Shown here one piece after another: positions 31,081-41,669 of a DNA stretch of 64,000 bases. The notes under the pieces were generated by a model, which saw only the letters and a program-made list of their open reading frames with translations, was not told where the DNA came from and did not search any database. Location of the stretch: contig OY843751.1 of assembly GCA_963693055.1 (NCBI GenBank), positions 2,624,001-2,688,000 on the forward strand. Reading direction: 5' to 3'. This stretch comes from a bacterium. GTDB taxonomy: Bacteria > Zhuqueibacterota > Zhuqueibacteria > Residuimicrobiales > Krinioviventaceae. Position 1 is the stretch's first letter, and every line of letters starts with the position of its first letter. The translations under genes were made by a program, and so were the position numbers.

Positions 31081-32985
31081 ATGGAACATAAAGAACAGAT
31101 ACTAGTTGTTGAAGATGATCAGGTTCTTGCGGATTTACTATGGCGTAATTTGCGGAAACTGCAATATGTTGTAACAGATGTTGTTTTATCTGGTGAAGAA
31201 GCTTTAAAAAAAGCAGAGTCTAAGCGCCCTGACCTGGTGCTTATGGATATACGTCTGGGTGGTCAAATGACAGGTATTGAAACTGCTGATTTAATGCGTA
31301 CCCGGTTCAATCTACCAGTTGTATATGTAACTGCCTATTCTGATAAAGAAACTCTGGATAAAGTGAAAAAGACAGAGCCCTATGGTTATATTTTAAAGCC
31401 TTTTGATTCCAAGGACTTACAAATTGCAATTGAAATGGCATTGTATAAACATAAAATTGAAAAAAAACTTCGTGAACGAGAAATCTGGTTCTCAACTACA
31501 TTAAAGAGTATTGGGGATGCAGTAATCAGTACTGATAATAATGGCAATATAACATTTATGAACCCCATTGCTCAGAAACTCACGGGTTGGTCAATAAAGG
31601 AAGCACGAGGAGTTTATATAGATGATGTTTTCAATATTATAAGCAGTGTAGGGAGACATCAACTTGCTAGTCCTGTTCAAGCCGTTATTGCCCGTAATAG
31701 CATAATTAATTATTCTGTACCCAAAATACTTTTAAGTAAAGACGGTACAGAAATTAGCATTGATGATTCCTGGGCACCCATTCATAATGATGATAATAAT
31801 CAATTGAGCGGTATAGTTCTTGTTTTTCGTGATATTACGGAAAGAAAAAAGCTTGAAGAAGATGTGCAAAAGAACCAGAAAATTGAATCTATTGGTTTAT
31901 TAGCCGGTGGTATTGCACATGATTTTAATAACAGATTGTCTGTAATTCTGGGTAATGCACAGTTGGCAAAGCTCAATTATGACAAGGGTAAAGATATCAG
32001 CAAATATCTGGACAATATTGAAAAAAGTACTGACCAGGCAACCACATTGACGCAACAGTTACTTACCTTTTCAAAGGGTGGCGAGCCGGTTAAAAAAGTT
32101 AGTGATATAAAAGAGCTTATCCGTGAAACGGCTAATTTATCGCTCAGTGGATCTAACGAAAAATGTGTTTTTGATATTGTTTACAACCTTTATCCCGTAA
32201 ATGTTGACAAGGGCCAAATAAGCCAGGTCATTAATAACATTGTTTTGAATGCAGACCAAGCCATGCCTAATGGCGGAATAATATATATTAATGCAAAAAA
32301 CATTACCTTGAGCGATCATAAAGTTCAAACATTGAGTCCTGGTAAATATATCAAGATAGAGATAATCGACAGTGGCTCTGGTATGGATGACGAGATCATT
32401 CACAAAATCTTTGATCCCTATTTTACCACGAAGCAAAAAGGTAGTGGATTGGGATTATCTGTTGCTTACTCTATTGTGAGAAAACATGGCGGCGCAATTT
32501 TGGTAGATTCTGTTTTAGATTCAGGGTCAACTTTTTCTGTTTTTCTACCTGCTGTTGAAGAAAAAATTAAAGAAGAAGAAAAAGAAAAAGAACGTGCCTT
32601 TAAAGGAGCAGGCAAAGTATTGGTTATGGATGATGAGGAGCTTGTGCTGCAAATGGTTGGTGATATCCTTAAAGGCGTTGGTTATGAAATAGAATTGGCA
32701 ACAGATGGCATTGCAGCAATTGAGCATTATCAGGGAGCTTTAAAATCCGGCGATCCATTTGATGTAGTTCTTTTAGATTTGACAGTGCCCGGTGGTATGG
32801 GAGGAAAGGAAACTGTTCAAAAACTTATCGAGATTGACCCTAATGTCAAAGCAGTTGTGTCGAGTGGATATTCAAACGATCCTATTATGGCAAACTTTAA
32901 ACAATATGGTATTGCGGGTGTTATTGCTAAACCTTATAGAATTATGGAATTATGTAAGACATTGAAATCTGTTGTAGAAGATTAA
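31081..32985 (+). CDS. Hybrid sensor kinase (REC-PAS-HisKA-HATPase-REC)
   Basis: N- and C-terminal receiver domains, PAS (SIGDAVISTD), AGGIAHDFNN, DPYFTTK, GSGLGL; start placed at ATG 31081. Confidence 0.93.
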   Translation: MEHKEQILVVEDDQVLADLLWRNLRKLQYVVTDVVLSGEEALKKAESKRPDLVLMDIRLGGQMTGIETADLMRTRFNLPVVYVTAYSDKETLDKVKKTEPYGYILKPFDSKDLQIAIEMALYKHKIEKKLREREIWFSTTLKSIGDAVISTDNNGNITFMNPIAQKLTGWSIKEARGVYIDDVFNIISSVGRHQLASPVQAVIARNSIINYSVPKILLSKDGTEISIDDSWAPIHNDDNNQLSGIVLVFRDITERKKLEEDVQKNQKIESIGLLAGGIAHDFNNRLSVILGNAQLAKLNYDKGKDISKYLDNIEKSTDQATTLTQQLLTFSKGGEPVKKVSDIKELIRETANLSLSGSNEKCVFDIVYNLYPVNVDKGQISQVINNIVLNADQAMPNGGIIYINAKNITLSDHKVQTLSPGKYIKIEIIDSGSGMDDEIIHKIFDPYFTTKQKGSGLGLSVAYSIVRKHGGAILVDSVLDSGSTFSVFLPAVEEKIKEEEKEKERAFKGAGKVLVMDDEELVLQMVGDILKGVGYEIELATDGIAAIEHYQGALKSGDPFDVVLLDLTVPGGMGGKETVQKLIEIDPNVKAVVSSGYSNDPIMANFKQYGIAGVIAKPYRIMELCKTLKSVVED

Positions 32986-33006
32986 GAGGAAATAAATACT
33001 ATAAAC

Positions 33007-33044
33007 AAAAAAAGGCTGATCAAATATTTGATCAGCCTTTTTTT
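33007..33044. terminator. Bidirectional terminator (perfect 38-bp palindrome)
   Basis: A7-GGCTGATCAAAT|ATTTGATCAGCC-T7 between convergent genes. Confidence 0.9.
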
Positions 33045-33048
33045 ATAA

Positions 33049-33279
33049 TTAAACCGAAACGACTTCTTTAATTTCCGGAATATTTTTGATTATTTCTTTT
33101 TCAATACCCATCTTTAATGTCATTTGGGCCATAGGACATGTACCACAAGCACCCTGTAATTTAACTTTGACTATGCCGTCAGAAACTTCAATCAATTCAA
33201 CATTTCCACCGTCAGCCATCAGCGCGGGTCTAATTGTATCAATTACTTGTTCAACTTTATCAAAAAGCTGTTCACTCAT
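33049..33279 (-). CDS. NifU/NfuA-family Fe-S scaffold protein
   Basis: IRPALMADGGNVEL, LQGACGTCP. Confidence 0.93.
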   Translation of the reverse strand: MSEQLFDKVEQVIDTIRPALMADGGNVELIEVSDGIVKVKLQGACGTCPMAQMTLKMGIEKEIIKNIPEIKEVVSV

Positions 33280-33291
33280 TTTAATTATCCT

Positions 33292-34149
33292 CTAGTTTGT
33301 TTCTGTGTTTGTTTCTGTTTGTGTCTCTTCTGCCGGTACCAACGCCTCGTCTCGTATTACATAAGATTTTGCCGGGCATTTTTTAACGGCATTATATAAT
33401 TCTTCACTGTTAATATCTTTAATGATAGGAATATTTCCATCCATTTCAATTGCCTGAGAGGGGGTAACCTTGGGAGTTGTACAGATTTTACAACCAAAAC
33501 AACCTACTTTACAAACAGATTTTACTGCTTTGAGCTTGTCTTGAGAGATACATCCCAAATAAACATTTTGCTTTCTGGGTATCAGCGCCATTATTCCTCT
33601 TGGACAAGTAGAAACGCAGATTCCACAGGCCGTACATTTTTCTTCATCAACAATAGGCAAGCCGTTAGTATCCATATGCATTGCATCAAAAGGACAAGCT
33701 TTAACACATGATCCTAATCCAAGACAGCCATACTTGCATGCTTTGTTTCCGCCGCCAACTAGCACTGCAGCGTTACAATCATCAATTCCATCATAAATGA
33801 ATTTCTCTTCAGCAAGCTCTTTGCTACCCTGGCATTGTACAACAGCCACTTTGGGGTCTTCCAGTTCAACTGCCAGGCCCAGAATGTCAGATATTTTTTC
33901 TGCAACAGCTTGCCCACCAGGTGTACATTTGTTGGGAGGGACAATTCCACTTGCAACAGCTTCTGCATAAGCGTTACATCCGGGTTGTCCGCATGCACCA
34001 CAATTTGCTCCTGGAAGTGTTTCAATGATTAAACTTACTTTGGGATCCACTTCAACTGCGAATTTTTTTGAAGCGAATGCAAGTCCGGCACCAAATAAAA
34101 AACCTAATCCTGCTAACGCAATAATAGAAGAAATAAATAGGGGGTCCAT
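33292..34149 (-). CDS. rnfB: RnfB-type Fe-S electron transport protein
   Basis: N-terminal TM, LPGANCGACGQPGC, CKYGCLGLGSCVKACPF, CTACGICVSTCP. Confidence 0.88.
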   Translation of the reverse strand: MDPLFISSIIALAGLGFLFGAGLAFASKKFAVEVDPKVSLIIETLPGANCGACGQPGCNAYAEAVASGIVPPNKCTPGGQAVAEKISDILGLAVELEDPKVAVVQCQGSKELAEEKFIYDGIDDCNAAVLVGGGNKACKYGCLGLGSCVKACPFDAMHMDTNGLPIVDEEKCTACGICVSTCPRGIMALIPRKQNVYLGCISQDKLKAVKSVCKVGCFGCKICTTPKVTPSQAIEMDGNIPIIKDINSEELYNAVKKCPAKSYVIRDEALVPAEETQTETNTETN

Positions 34150-34309
34150 CTCGTCACCATATGCTATTTAATATTTCCTAAACCATGTAAATATACATAT
34201 TCACAAATTGAATTGCAAGTTTTTAAATGATTTTCAAAATGGAATATTAAGTATTGAATTTTATTTTTTTTTTTTATATTAATAAAATAGGATGAATTAA
34301 AATTTTAGT

Positions 34310-34699
34310 ATGGTAATGCGTAAACAAATTCTTGTAGTTGATGATGAAAAAGAAATCCGAGAAATTCTTGAAATAACATTCAAGGATGCAGGATTTTTTG
34401 TAACCGCAGTGGGCACGGGTGAAGAAGCAATTGAGATATTCAAAAATGGTGAATATCTGGTTGTTTTCCTAGATGTACGGCTACCTGGTTTATCTGGTTT
34501 TGATATTTGTCAGGAAATGAAAAAAATCAAACCACATGCTTATATTGTTGCCATGACAGGGTATACGGATCTGTTTGATCAAAAAAAATGCCTTGAAGCA
34601 GGATTTGACTATTATTTCCCCAAACCCTTTCGATTTAAGCATTTAATGGAATTGGCCCGCAATGCTCTTGAGCGTGTTGAGTGGTGGAAAAAGTATTAA
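34310..34699 (+). CDS. Single-domain response regulator
   Basis: LVVDDE, LDVRLPG, MTG, FPKPF. Confidence 0.92.
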   Translation: MVMRKQILVVDDEKEIREILEITFKDAGFFVTAVGTGEEAIEIFKNGEYLVVFLDVRLPGLSGFDICQEMKKIKPHAYIVAMTGYTDLFDQKKCLEAGFDYYFPKPFRFKHLMELARNALERVEWWKKY

Positions 34700-34731
34700 T
34701 TGCATACATTATATTGAGAGTAAAATACTGA

Positions 34732-36153
34732 ATGATTACGTTACATAATAAATATGCAATCCTTATTGGAGTTCCTGCCTATTCTGACAGCATTAAACCC
34801 CTTTCTTATGCATTTAACGATGCTTACAGAATGTCTGCTGTATTAAAAGAAGGGGGATATTCCTTTAAAAAAGTCTTTTTGCTTTCAACTCAAGACAAAG
34901 GCTCTGAACATATTTATGCTTCACCTACCCGTGAAAATATACTTTCAGTTGTTAAACGAGTTGCTGAGCTGGCTCAGGAAGGTGATTCGATATTACTCTA
35001 TTTTTCCGGTCATGCAGTTGATATTTTTGGCAGACCTTATTTAATTGCTTCTGATACGCAACTTGATTACTTGCTGAGTTCAGCCGTTGCTATTTCAGAA
35101 ATTTATGATCTATTGAAAAAATCAAAATGTGATCAGGTTTTTAGAATTTTTGATGTTTGCCGTACTCACTTTGCCCAGGGACGTACATTAATTTCAAAAA
35201 TGACCGAGAATAATCTTGCCGGCTTTACTGAAATTTTTCCGGGACATGCTACTTTTATTTCGTGTTCTCCAGGAGAATATGCAAACGAGTCAATTTTTCA
35301 CAAGCAAGGTGTTTTTAGTTATTATCTCAATAATGCATTGAGTGGACTGGTTGAAAAAGAAGGCAATATTTTTTGGGACCTTGTTGCTGATTATGTAAAA
35401 ATCAATGTAAATGATTGGTGCCGTGATAACGGGCAACAGCAAACACCTGTTGTAAAGTCATCTTTTAATAATCCGGTTGTTGTGTGCCTGGCACCTTATA
35501 AAGAAAAACAACAGGTAAAACCCAATATTGATGTAAAAAAAGATATTGAAAGCGAAATTAAAACTGATATTGATAAAAATGATACCATGATGGTCAATTC
35601 ACACAATGTGAATGCGTTATATCATAAAAACCAAATAAAACCAGTTGTTAGAAGCAAAAAACAAGTAACAGCTAATACGTTTGAGAATGCACTAAAGGTG
35701 TTGCTTGAATCTACTGATGGATTTATTAAAGATTTCTCTAATCCAGCCATTTCAGTTTTTAGAACTGAACCCGTTACTCTTTCAATCATGTCTTATTTTG
35801 TAAATACTGAATTTCAAAAGTTTTTAGAAATAAATAATCCTGATTTTAATATTGAGCAGAGCAAGGCTTTGCAAATTTTCTTTAAAAATTCAATGTCAAA
35901 TGTACCTCATACCTCATTGTATATAAATTTGGTTAAATTTCCTCAATATTATTGGGTTTGGTATTGTTTACCTTTTGAGACATTGAGAAGTGAGGGAGAT
36001 TTTGTACCTGCGAATCCTTTAAAAATAGATTATTTTTCATTACGTGAACCGCAAATATATGATCCTGTAAAAATTGGAAAAATCATTAGTGATATTTTTC
36101 GTGATTGTACTGAAACCATTATTCAATGGACAAAAGAATTAAATATAAAATAA
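34732..36153 (+). CDS. Caspase-family (peptidase C14) protein with unknown C-terminal domain
   Basis: YAILIGV..Y, L.YAFNDA, YFSGHA (His), FDVCR (Cys), GVFSYYL..AL.G, QQTP. Confidence 0.85.
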   Translation: MITLHNKYAILIGVPAYSDSIKPLSYAFNDAYRMSAVLKEGGYSFKKVFLLSTQDKGSEHIYASPTRENILSVVKRVAELAQEGDSILLYFSGHAVDIFGRPYLIASDTQLDYLLSSAVAISEIYDLLKKSKCDQVFRIFDVCRTHFAQGRTLISKMTENNLAGFTEIFPGHATFISCSPGEYANESIFHKQGVFSYYLNNALSGLVEKEGNIFWDLVADYVKINVNDWCRDNGQQQTPVVKSSFNNPVVVCLAPYKEKQQVKPNIDVKKDIESEIKTDIDKNDTMMVNSHNVNALYHKNQIKPVVRSKKQVTANTFENALKVLLESTDGFIKDFSNPAISVFRTEPVTLSIMSYFVNTEFQKFLEINNPDFNIEQSKALQIFFKNSMSNVPHTSLYINLVKFPQYYWVWYCLPFETLRSEGDFVPANPLKIDYFSLREPQIYDPVKIGKIISDIFRDCTETIIQWTKELNIK

Positions 36154-36288
36154 TCAGGGGAATTTTCCATAATCAATCATGCCAAAGTTGTAATTTAAGT
36201 TTACTATTGTAAAAAAAACTTGCACTAAACAAAAAATTTTATTAAGTTTATTAGCTTTTGTGGTTCTGAAATCGTTTTTGGATAATAA

Positions 36289-37614
36289 ATGTTTAATGAA
36301 ATTTCTGAAAAATTTGATGGTGTAATACGTAAGCTTAAGGGACATGGCAAGCTTTCGGAAAAAAATATTTCCGAAACAATGCGTGAAGTACGCCGTGTAT
36401 TACTTGAAGCCGATGTGAATTATAAAGTTGCCAAGCAATTTATTGCTGATGTGCAGGAAAGAGCCATAGGGCAGGAAGTTGTAAAAAGCATAACTCCCGG
36501 TCAACAAGTTGTCAAAATTATTCATGACGAGTTGACAAAGTTGATGGGGGTCAAAAATTCACAAATTCAATTTTCAAATAAAATTCCCGGTGTAGTTATG
36601 TTGGTAGGTTTGCAAGGATCTGGTAAAACTACTTTTGCCGGCAAGTTGGGCATGCATTTGCGTTCTAAAAGTCGTAATCCCATGCTTGTTGCTGCTGATA
36701 TTTACCGACCCGCAGCAATTCAACAGTTAAAAGTTGTTGGAAAAGCAACCAACAATACTACTTATTCTGAAGAAAGCAAAGATGCAGTGGCAATTTGTAA
36801 GAATGCTGTAGAGTTTGCTCGCAAGAATATTAAAGATACTGTCATTATTGATACCGCAGGCCGTCTTCATATAGATGACGAAATGATGACAGAGCTTTTA
36901 AATATTAAAAATGCAGTAAAGCCTGATGAGATCTTGTTCGTTGCAGACGGGATGACTGGTCAGGATGCTGTAAATACCGCAAAAACCTTTTTAGAAAAAT
37001 TGGATTTTGACGGTGTTGTTTTAACCAAAATGGATGGTGACTCACGAGGTGGTGCGGCATTGTCCATTCGGGCTGTTACTGGTAAGCCAATAAAGTTTAC
37101 CAGTATCGGTGAAAAATTTGATCAGCTTGAAGTTTTCTATCCCGATAGAATGGCTTCCCGTATTTTGGGAATGGGTGATATTGTAACCCTGGTAGAAAAA
37201 GCACAAGACGCTGTTGATGAAGAAAAGGCTTTAAAGCTTGAACGAAAATTGCGCAGACAAGAGTTCACCCTCGAAGACTTTAAAGACCAGCTTCAGCAGA
37301 TCAAAAAGATGGGTCCATTGCAGGATATTTTGGCAATGATTCCCGGAATGCAAAATAAAGCTTTAAGCCAGGTCCAGGTTGACGATCGAGCTTTGGTCAA
37401 GGTTGAAGCTATTATTAATTCCATGACGCGTGATGAACGAAGACGTCCAAACGTTATGAATGGAAGTAGACGTAAACGTGTTGCACTTGGTAGCGGTACA
37501 TCTGTTCAGGATGTTAATCGTGTGCTGAAGCAATTTGAAACCATGCAAAAAATGATGAAAATGATGAATAAAAAGGGCGGCAAGATGAACATGGGCATGC
37601 CGTTTGGATTTTAA
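36289..37614 (+). CDS. ffh: Signal recognition particle protein
   Basis: GLQGSGKTT, DTAGR, TKMDGD, Met-rich M domain. Confidence 0.98.
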   Translation: MFNEISEKFDGVIRKLKGHGKLSEKNISETMREVRRVLLEADVNYKVAKQFIADVQERAIGQEVVKSITPGQQVVKIIHDELTKLMGVKNSQIQFSNKIPGVVMLVGLQGSGKTTFAGKLGMHLRSKSRNPMLVAADIYRPAAIQQLKVVGKATNNTTYSEESKDAVAICKNAVEFARKNIKDTVIIDTAGRLHIDDEMMTELLNIKNAVKPDEILFVADGMTGQDAVNTAKTFLEKLDFDGVVLTKMDGDSRGGAALSIRAVTGKPIKFTSIGEKFDQLEVFYPDRMASRILGMGDIVTLVEKAQDAVDEEKALKLERKLRRQEFTLEDFKDQLQQIKKMGPLQDILAMIPGMQNKALSQVQVDDRALVKVEAIINSMTRDERRRPNVMNGSRRKRVALGSGTSVQDVNRVLKQFETMQKMMKMMNKKGGKMNMGMPFGF

Positions 37615-37631
37615 AATGGAGGTACTACAGC

Positions 37632-38150
37632 TTGTCAGTTAAATTACGTTTAACCCGGATGGGTAGAAAAAAATTGCCTTATTACCGAATCGTGGCAATT
37701 GATTCCCGCAAACGACGTGATGGTGAATACCTTGATAAAATAGGTCATTATAATCCTGTAAGCGATCCGGTTGAAATTGTAATAGATAAAGAAAAAGCAA
37801 TATCCTGGCTCGAAAAAGGTGCAATTCCTTCAGATACTGTGAAAAGTTTCATGAGTCGTAAAGGTATTCTGCTTGAATGGGACCTGAAAAAACAAGGTCT
37901 CGATGCCGATGCTATTGAAAAAGAATTGGCTAAATGGCGTCAACAACAGGAAGACCGTACCAAACGTAAAGAAGCTATGGTAGCTATGAAGCAGCGTGAA
38001 GTTGAAAATGAAGCTGCTAAAAAAGAAGCTGAAGAAAAGGCGCAGGCAGAAGCTGATGCCGCTGCTGCAGCAGCAGAAGCAGCGGCTGAAGAAGCACCTG
38101 CTGAAGAGCCTGAAGCTGATGCCGAATCTGAAGATAAAGTTGAAGAATAA
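37632..38150 (+). CDS. rpsP: 30S ribosomal protein S16 with Ala/Glu-rich C-terminal extension
   Basis: VKLRLTRMGRKKLPYYRIVAIDSR. Confidence 0.97.
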   Translation: MSVKLRLTRMGRKKLPYYRIVAIDSRKRRDGEYLDKIGHYNPVSDPVEIVIDKEKAISWLEKGAIPSDTVKSFMSRKGILLEWDLKKQGLDADAIEKELAKWRQQQEDRTKRKEAMVAMKQREVENEAAKKEAEEKAQAEADAAAAAAEAAAEEAPAEEPEADAESEDKVEE

Positions 38151-38171
38151 TAGCAGGTAGGATTATCACTT

Positions 38172-38711
38172 TTGAATCAGTCAGTTTCTAAACCGGATTT
38201 GCCAGATTATGTTGTTATTGGCCGAATTACAAAACCACATGGTATACGTGGAGCTGTTAAAGTAGAGCCAATTACCGATGATCCTGAAAGGTTTAAACTA
38301 TTAGAATCTGTTTATCTTGCAAAATCAGATACTGAAAGAGAAATTTATCAGATTTCTGATTTGCAATATGGTAATAAACAGCTCATTATTTCTTTTAACA
38401 ACATTGAATCAAGAAATGATGCTGAATCTTTACGAGGTTTATTCATAGAGATTCCGCGTTCAGAGTGTTTACCATTAGATGAAGGATCCTATTATTATTT
38501 TGAATTGATAGGATATACTGTTAAAACAGATTCAGGCGAGATTGTTGGTACACTTGATGATGTGTACGAATATCCGGCCAATGATATGTTTGTGATCCAT
38601 AAAGATGATAAAGAAATTTTGATTCCTGTTATTGATGAATTTATTGATAATGTTGATGATTCAACCGGTGTGATTACTATAAAACCGGTTGAAGGTTTAT
38701 TAGAGCAATAG
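38172..38711 (+). CDS. rimM: Ribosome maturation factor RimM
   Basis: IGRITKPHGIRG, YYYFELIG; operon context. Confidence 0.95.
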   Translation: MNQSVSKPDLPDYVVIGRITKPHGIRGAVKVEPITDDPERFKLLESVYLAKSDTEREIYQISDLQYGNKQLIISFNNIESRNDAESLRGLFIEIPRSECLPLDEGSYYYFELIGYTVKTDSGEIVGTLDDVYEYPANDMFVIHKDDKEILIPVIDEFIDNVDDSTGVITIKPVEGLLEQ

Positions 38712-38717
38712 AGTGCT

Positions 38718-39410
38718 TTGGAAATACATGTAATTACAGGCTTGCCCAAAATTTTAACGGGCCCACTTACGGAGAGTATAATAGAAAAAGCGCAGTCTAA
38801 AGGACTGTTGCAGCTATATATTCACAATATCAGAGATTATGCTGAAGACAAGTACAAGCAAATTGATGATTATCCCTATGGTGGTGGAGCCGGAATGATT
38901 TTAAAACCAGAGCCCTTGTTTAAATGTTTCAAAGATATTCAGGAACGTTTTGATCTTTTAGATACTCCGGTCACTTTGATGACACCAGCTGGCAATACTT
39001 TTAATCAAAGTAAAGCTGTAGAATTTTCATTACGTGATAAAATGGTTTTTCTTTGCGGCCATTATAAGGGTATTGATCAGCGGGTAATAGATACTTTTGT
39101 TACCGAAGAAGTATCTATAGGCGATTATGTGCTTACCGGTGGTGAACTTGCCGCCATGTGTATAATCGACGCCGTTACCCGGTTACTACCGGGTGTAATA
39201 GGAGATTTTGATTCGGCTGATACGGATTCTTTTCAAACCGGACTGCTTGATCATCCACATTATACACGGCCATCTGAATACCAAGGTCTTAAAGTACCAG
39301 ATGTATTACTTTCAGGTAATCATAAATTGATTGAAGCCTGGAAGCAGGAAGAATCATTGAATGTGACAAAAGAAAAACGTTCAGATCTTTACAATAAATA
39401 TGTTAATTAA
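38718..39410 (+). CDS. trmD: tRNA (guanine-37-N1)-methyltransferase
   Basis: DDYPYGGGAGM, SIGDYVLTGGE, VLLSGNH. Confidence 0.97.
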   Translation: MEIHVITGLPKILTGPLTESIIEKAQSKGLLQLYIHNIRDYAEDKYKQIDDYPYGGGAGMILKPEPLFKCFKDIQERFDLLDTPVTLMTPAGNTFNQSKAVEFSLRDKMVFLCGHYKGIDQRVIDTFVTEEVSIGDYVLTGGELAAMCIIDAVTRLLPGVIGDFDSADTDSFQTGLLDHPHYTRPSEYQGLKVPDVLLSGNHKLIEAWKQEESLNVTKEKRSDLYNKYVN

Positions 39411-39449
39411 AAGTGAAATATATAACCCTCTTTGTAAAGGAGGCTTGAA

Positions 39450-39797
39450 ATGAACAAATTGGATGCGGTATCCGCTTCTCAAACAAAATCTGATATTCCT
39501 GTGTTCAAAGCCGGTGATACAGTAAATGTACACGTTAAGGTTATTGAAGGGGATAAAGAAAGAATCCAGGTTTTTCAGGGTGTTGTGATCAATCGCAAAG
39601 GATCAGGTGTAAATGAAATGTTTACTGTTCGTAAAATTTCTAATGGAGTAGGTGTTGAACGTATTTTTCCTCTCCATTCACCCAATATTGCTAAAATCGA
39701 AACCTTGAGAATTGGTAAAGTTAGAAGAGCTAAATTGTACTATCTTCGTAGCTTGCGTGGTAAAGCTGCAAGAATTGAAGAAAAACGTGCAAATTAG
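39450..39797 (+). CDS. rplS: 50S ribosomal protein L19
   Basis: [32 protein letters not shown]. Confidence 0.98.
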   Translation: MNKLDAVSASQTKSDIPVFKAGDTVNVHVKVIEGDKERIQVFQGVVINRKGSGVNEMFTVRKISNGVGVERIFPLHSPNIAKIETLRIGKVRRAKLYYLRSLRGKAARIEEKRAN

Positions 39798-39819
39798 GTT
39801 TTAAAAAAAGTTTTTAAAT

Positions 39820-39857
39820 AAAAAAACCGGTATTATTACTGAATATCGGTTTTTTTT
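39820..39857 (+). terminator. Terminator after rplS
   Basis: A-tract-CCGGTATT...AATATCGG-T-tract. Confidence 0.75.
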
Positions 39858-39947
39858 ATTGCACTTGATGAATTTTATTCATATTTATGAATATAAAAAA
39901 ACATATCCAAATCTCTAAGCATTAAATACAATTCAAGGAGAAACACC

Positions 39948-41621
39948 ATGGATTTCCCTGAAAAGCGAACTCTACAAGAGATTTTCCAAAACACTATCAA
40001 CTTGTATTCCAATGAAATTGCTATGGGTTTTGTGGATGAAGAATCCATTACCTATAAAAATTTTGGAAACCAGGCTACCAGAATGGCCAAATCATTACTT
40101 GCATTAGGCGTAAGAAAAGGAGACAGGATTGCCATTCTAAGTGAGAATTCTCCTCGTTGGGGCATTTCCTATTTTGCAGTTGCTGCTTTGGCAGGAGCAG
40201 TAGTAGTACCTATTTTACCTGATTTTCACAAAAATGAAGTTCATCACATTATCCGAAATTCAGGAGCCAAAGTACTAGTGTTGTCTAGTAAACTCGCTCA
40301 TAAAGTTATCGATACCGATTTTAAAACACTTGAAAATGTTATCGCCATTGATGATAAAAAATTAGGTCTCAAGGGATACAAGATCAACACTTTTTCAGAG
40401 CTGCAAGATTCTACAACTTTTAAATCAGATAAAATTAATCTTGATGACATTGAAATTCACGAAGATGATCTTTTAGAAATTCTTTATACCTCTGGTACAA
40501 CAGGGCACTCTAAAGGTGTAATGTTGACACATCGTGGTATTATTTCAAATGCCTATTCCGCAAGAATGGTAATTGATATTCGTACCAATGACAGATTATT
40601 GTCTATTTTACCTATTTCTCATTCTTATGAATGTACATGTGGTTTTATAGCACCTTTTTCTGCCGGAAGTAAAATGTATTACATAAAAGGATTGCCTACA
40701 GCGCAAACTTTGCTACCTGCAGTAGCTAAAATTAAGCCTACTATACTTTTATCTGTACCCTTGATTATGGACAAAATTTATAAAAAGAAAGTCCTTTCCG
40801 AGATCAAATCTAAACCCGTTGCAAGTCGTTTGTATCAAATCCCCGCAATGCGCAAGGTAATTAACAAGGTAGCTGGTAAAAAACTATATAAAGCATTTGG
40901 CGGACAATTGCGATTTATGGTTTTTGGTGGTGCTGCAACGCCTATTGATGTTGAAAACTTTTTAACTGAAGGCGGTTTTCCCTATATTTGTGGATATGGA
41001 TTAACTGAAACTGCCCCATTATTAACGGTAAATCCTCCTGGAAAAGGTGTTATTGGCTCGGCTGGAATTATTGTACCAGAAGTTGAACTCAATATATATG
41101 ATCCAGATCCTAAAACCGGTATTGGTGAAATTACAGCCAAAGGTCCTAATATTATGAAGGGATATTATCGTAATGAAGAAGCTACCAAGAATACTTTTAC
41201 AGATGATGGCTGGTTGATAACCGGTGATAAGGGTATTATTGATGATAAAGGTTACCTGTTTATCAAAGGTCGCTCAAAAAATCTAATTGTTGGCCCCAGT
41301 GGTGAAAATATTTACCCTGAAGAAATTGAATTCCATATGTCAGAAAATACATATGTTTTAGAAGCACTGGTATATGAAAAAGAAGGCAAGGTTGTGGCAA
41401 AAGCATTTCTGGATTTTGATGCTATTGATAAAGATCATAATTATTATGAAATGAATGAAAAAGATGCCGCTGATTTGTTGAAAAATATTTTGGAGACAAT
41501 ACGTAAGGATGTAAATACAAAAGTTGCATCTTATAGCAGGGTACACAATATTGTTGAACAACGGGAAGAATTTGAAAAGACCCCAACTAAAAAGATAAAA
41601 CGTTATTTATACACAAATTAA
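39948..41621 (+). CDS. Long-chain acyl-CoA synthetase (AMP-binding)
   Basis: YTSGTTGHSKG, GYGLTE, TGDKG, GENIYPEEIE. Confidence 0.92.
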   Translation: MDFPEKRTLQEIFQNTINLYSNEIAMGFVDEESITYKNFGNQATRMAKSLLALGVRKGDRIAILSENSPRWGISYFAVAALAGAVVVPILPDFHKNEVHHIIRNSGAKVLVLSSKLAHKVIDTDFKTLENVIAIDDKKLGLKGYKINTFSELQDSTTFKSDKINLDDIEIHEDDLLEILYTSGTTGHSKGVMLTHRGIISNAYSARMVIDIRTNDRLLSILPISHSYECTCGFIAPFSAGSKMYYIKGLPTAQTLLPAVAKIKPTILLSVPLIMDKIYKKKVLSEIKSKPVASRLYQIPAMRKVINKVAGKKLYKAFGGQLRFMVFGGAATPIDVENFLTEGGFPYICGYGLTETAPLLTVNPPGKGVIGSAGIIVPEVELNIYDPDPKTGIGEITAKGPNIMKGYYRNEEATKNTFTDDGWLITGDKGIIDDKGYLFIKGRSKNLIVGPSGENIYPEEIEFHMSENTYVLEALVYEKEGKVVAKAFLDFDAIDKDHNYYEMNEKDAADLLKNILETIRKDVNTKVASYSRVHNIVEQREEFEKTPTKKIKRYLYTN

Positions 41622-41622
41622 C

Positions 41623-41660
41623 AAAAAAAAAGCCGTTGAAACTTTCAACGGCTTTTTTTT
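41623..41660. terminator. Bidirectional terminator
   Basis: A-tract-GCCGTTGAAA-C-TTTCAACGGC-T8 between convergent genes. Confidence 0.9.
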
Positions 41661-41669
41661 AAAATGTAT

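Noticed and set aside
37990-38150. Low-complexity GCT/GAA repeats at the end of rpsP
   Set aside because: Ala/Glu-rich S16 tail, common in Bacteroidota-related lineages.
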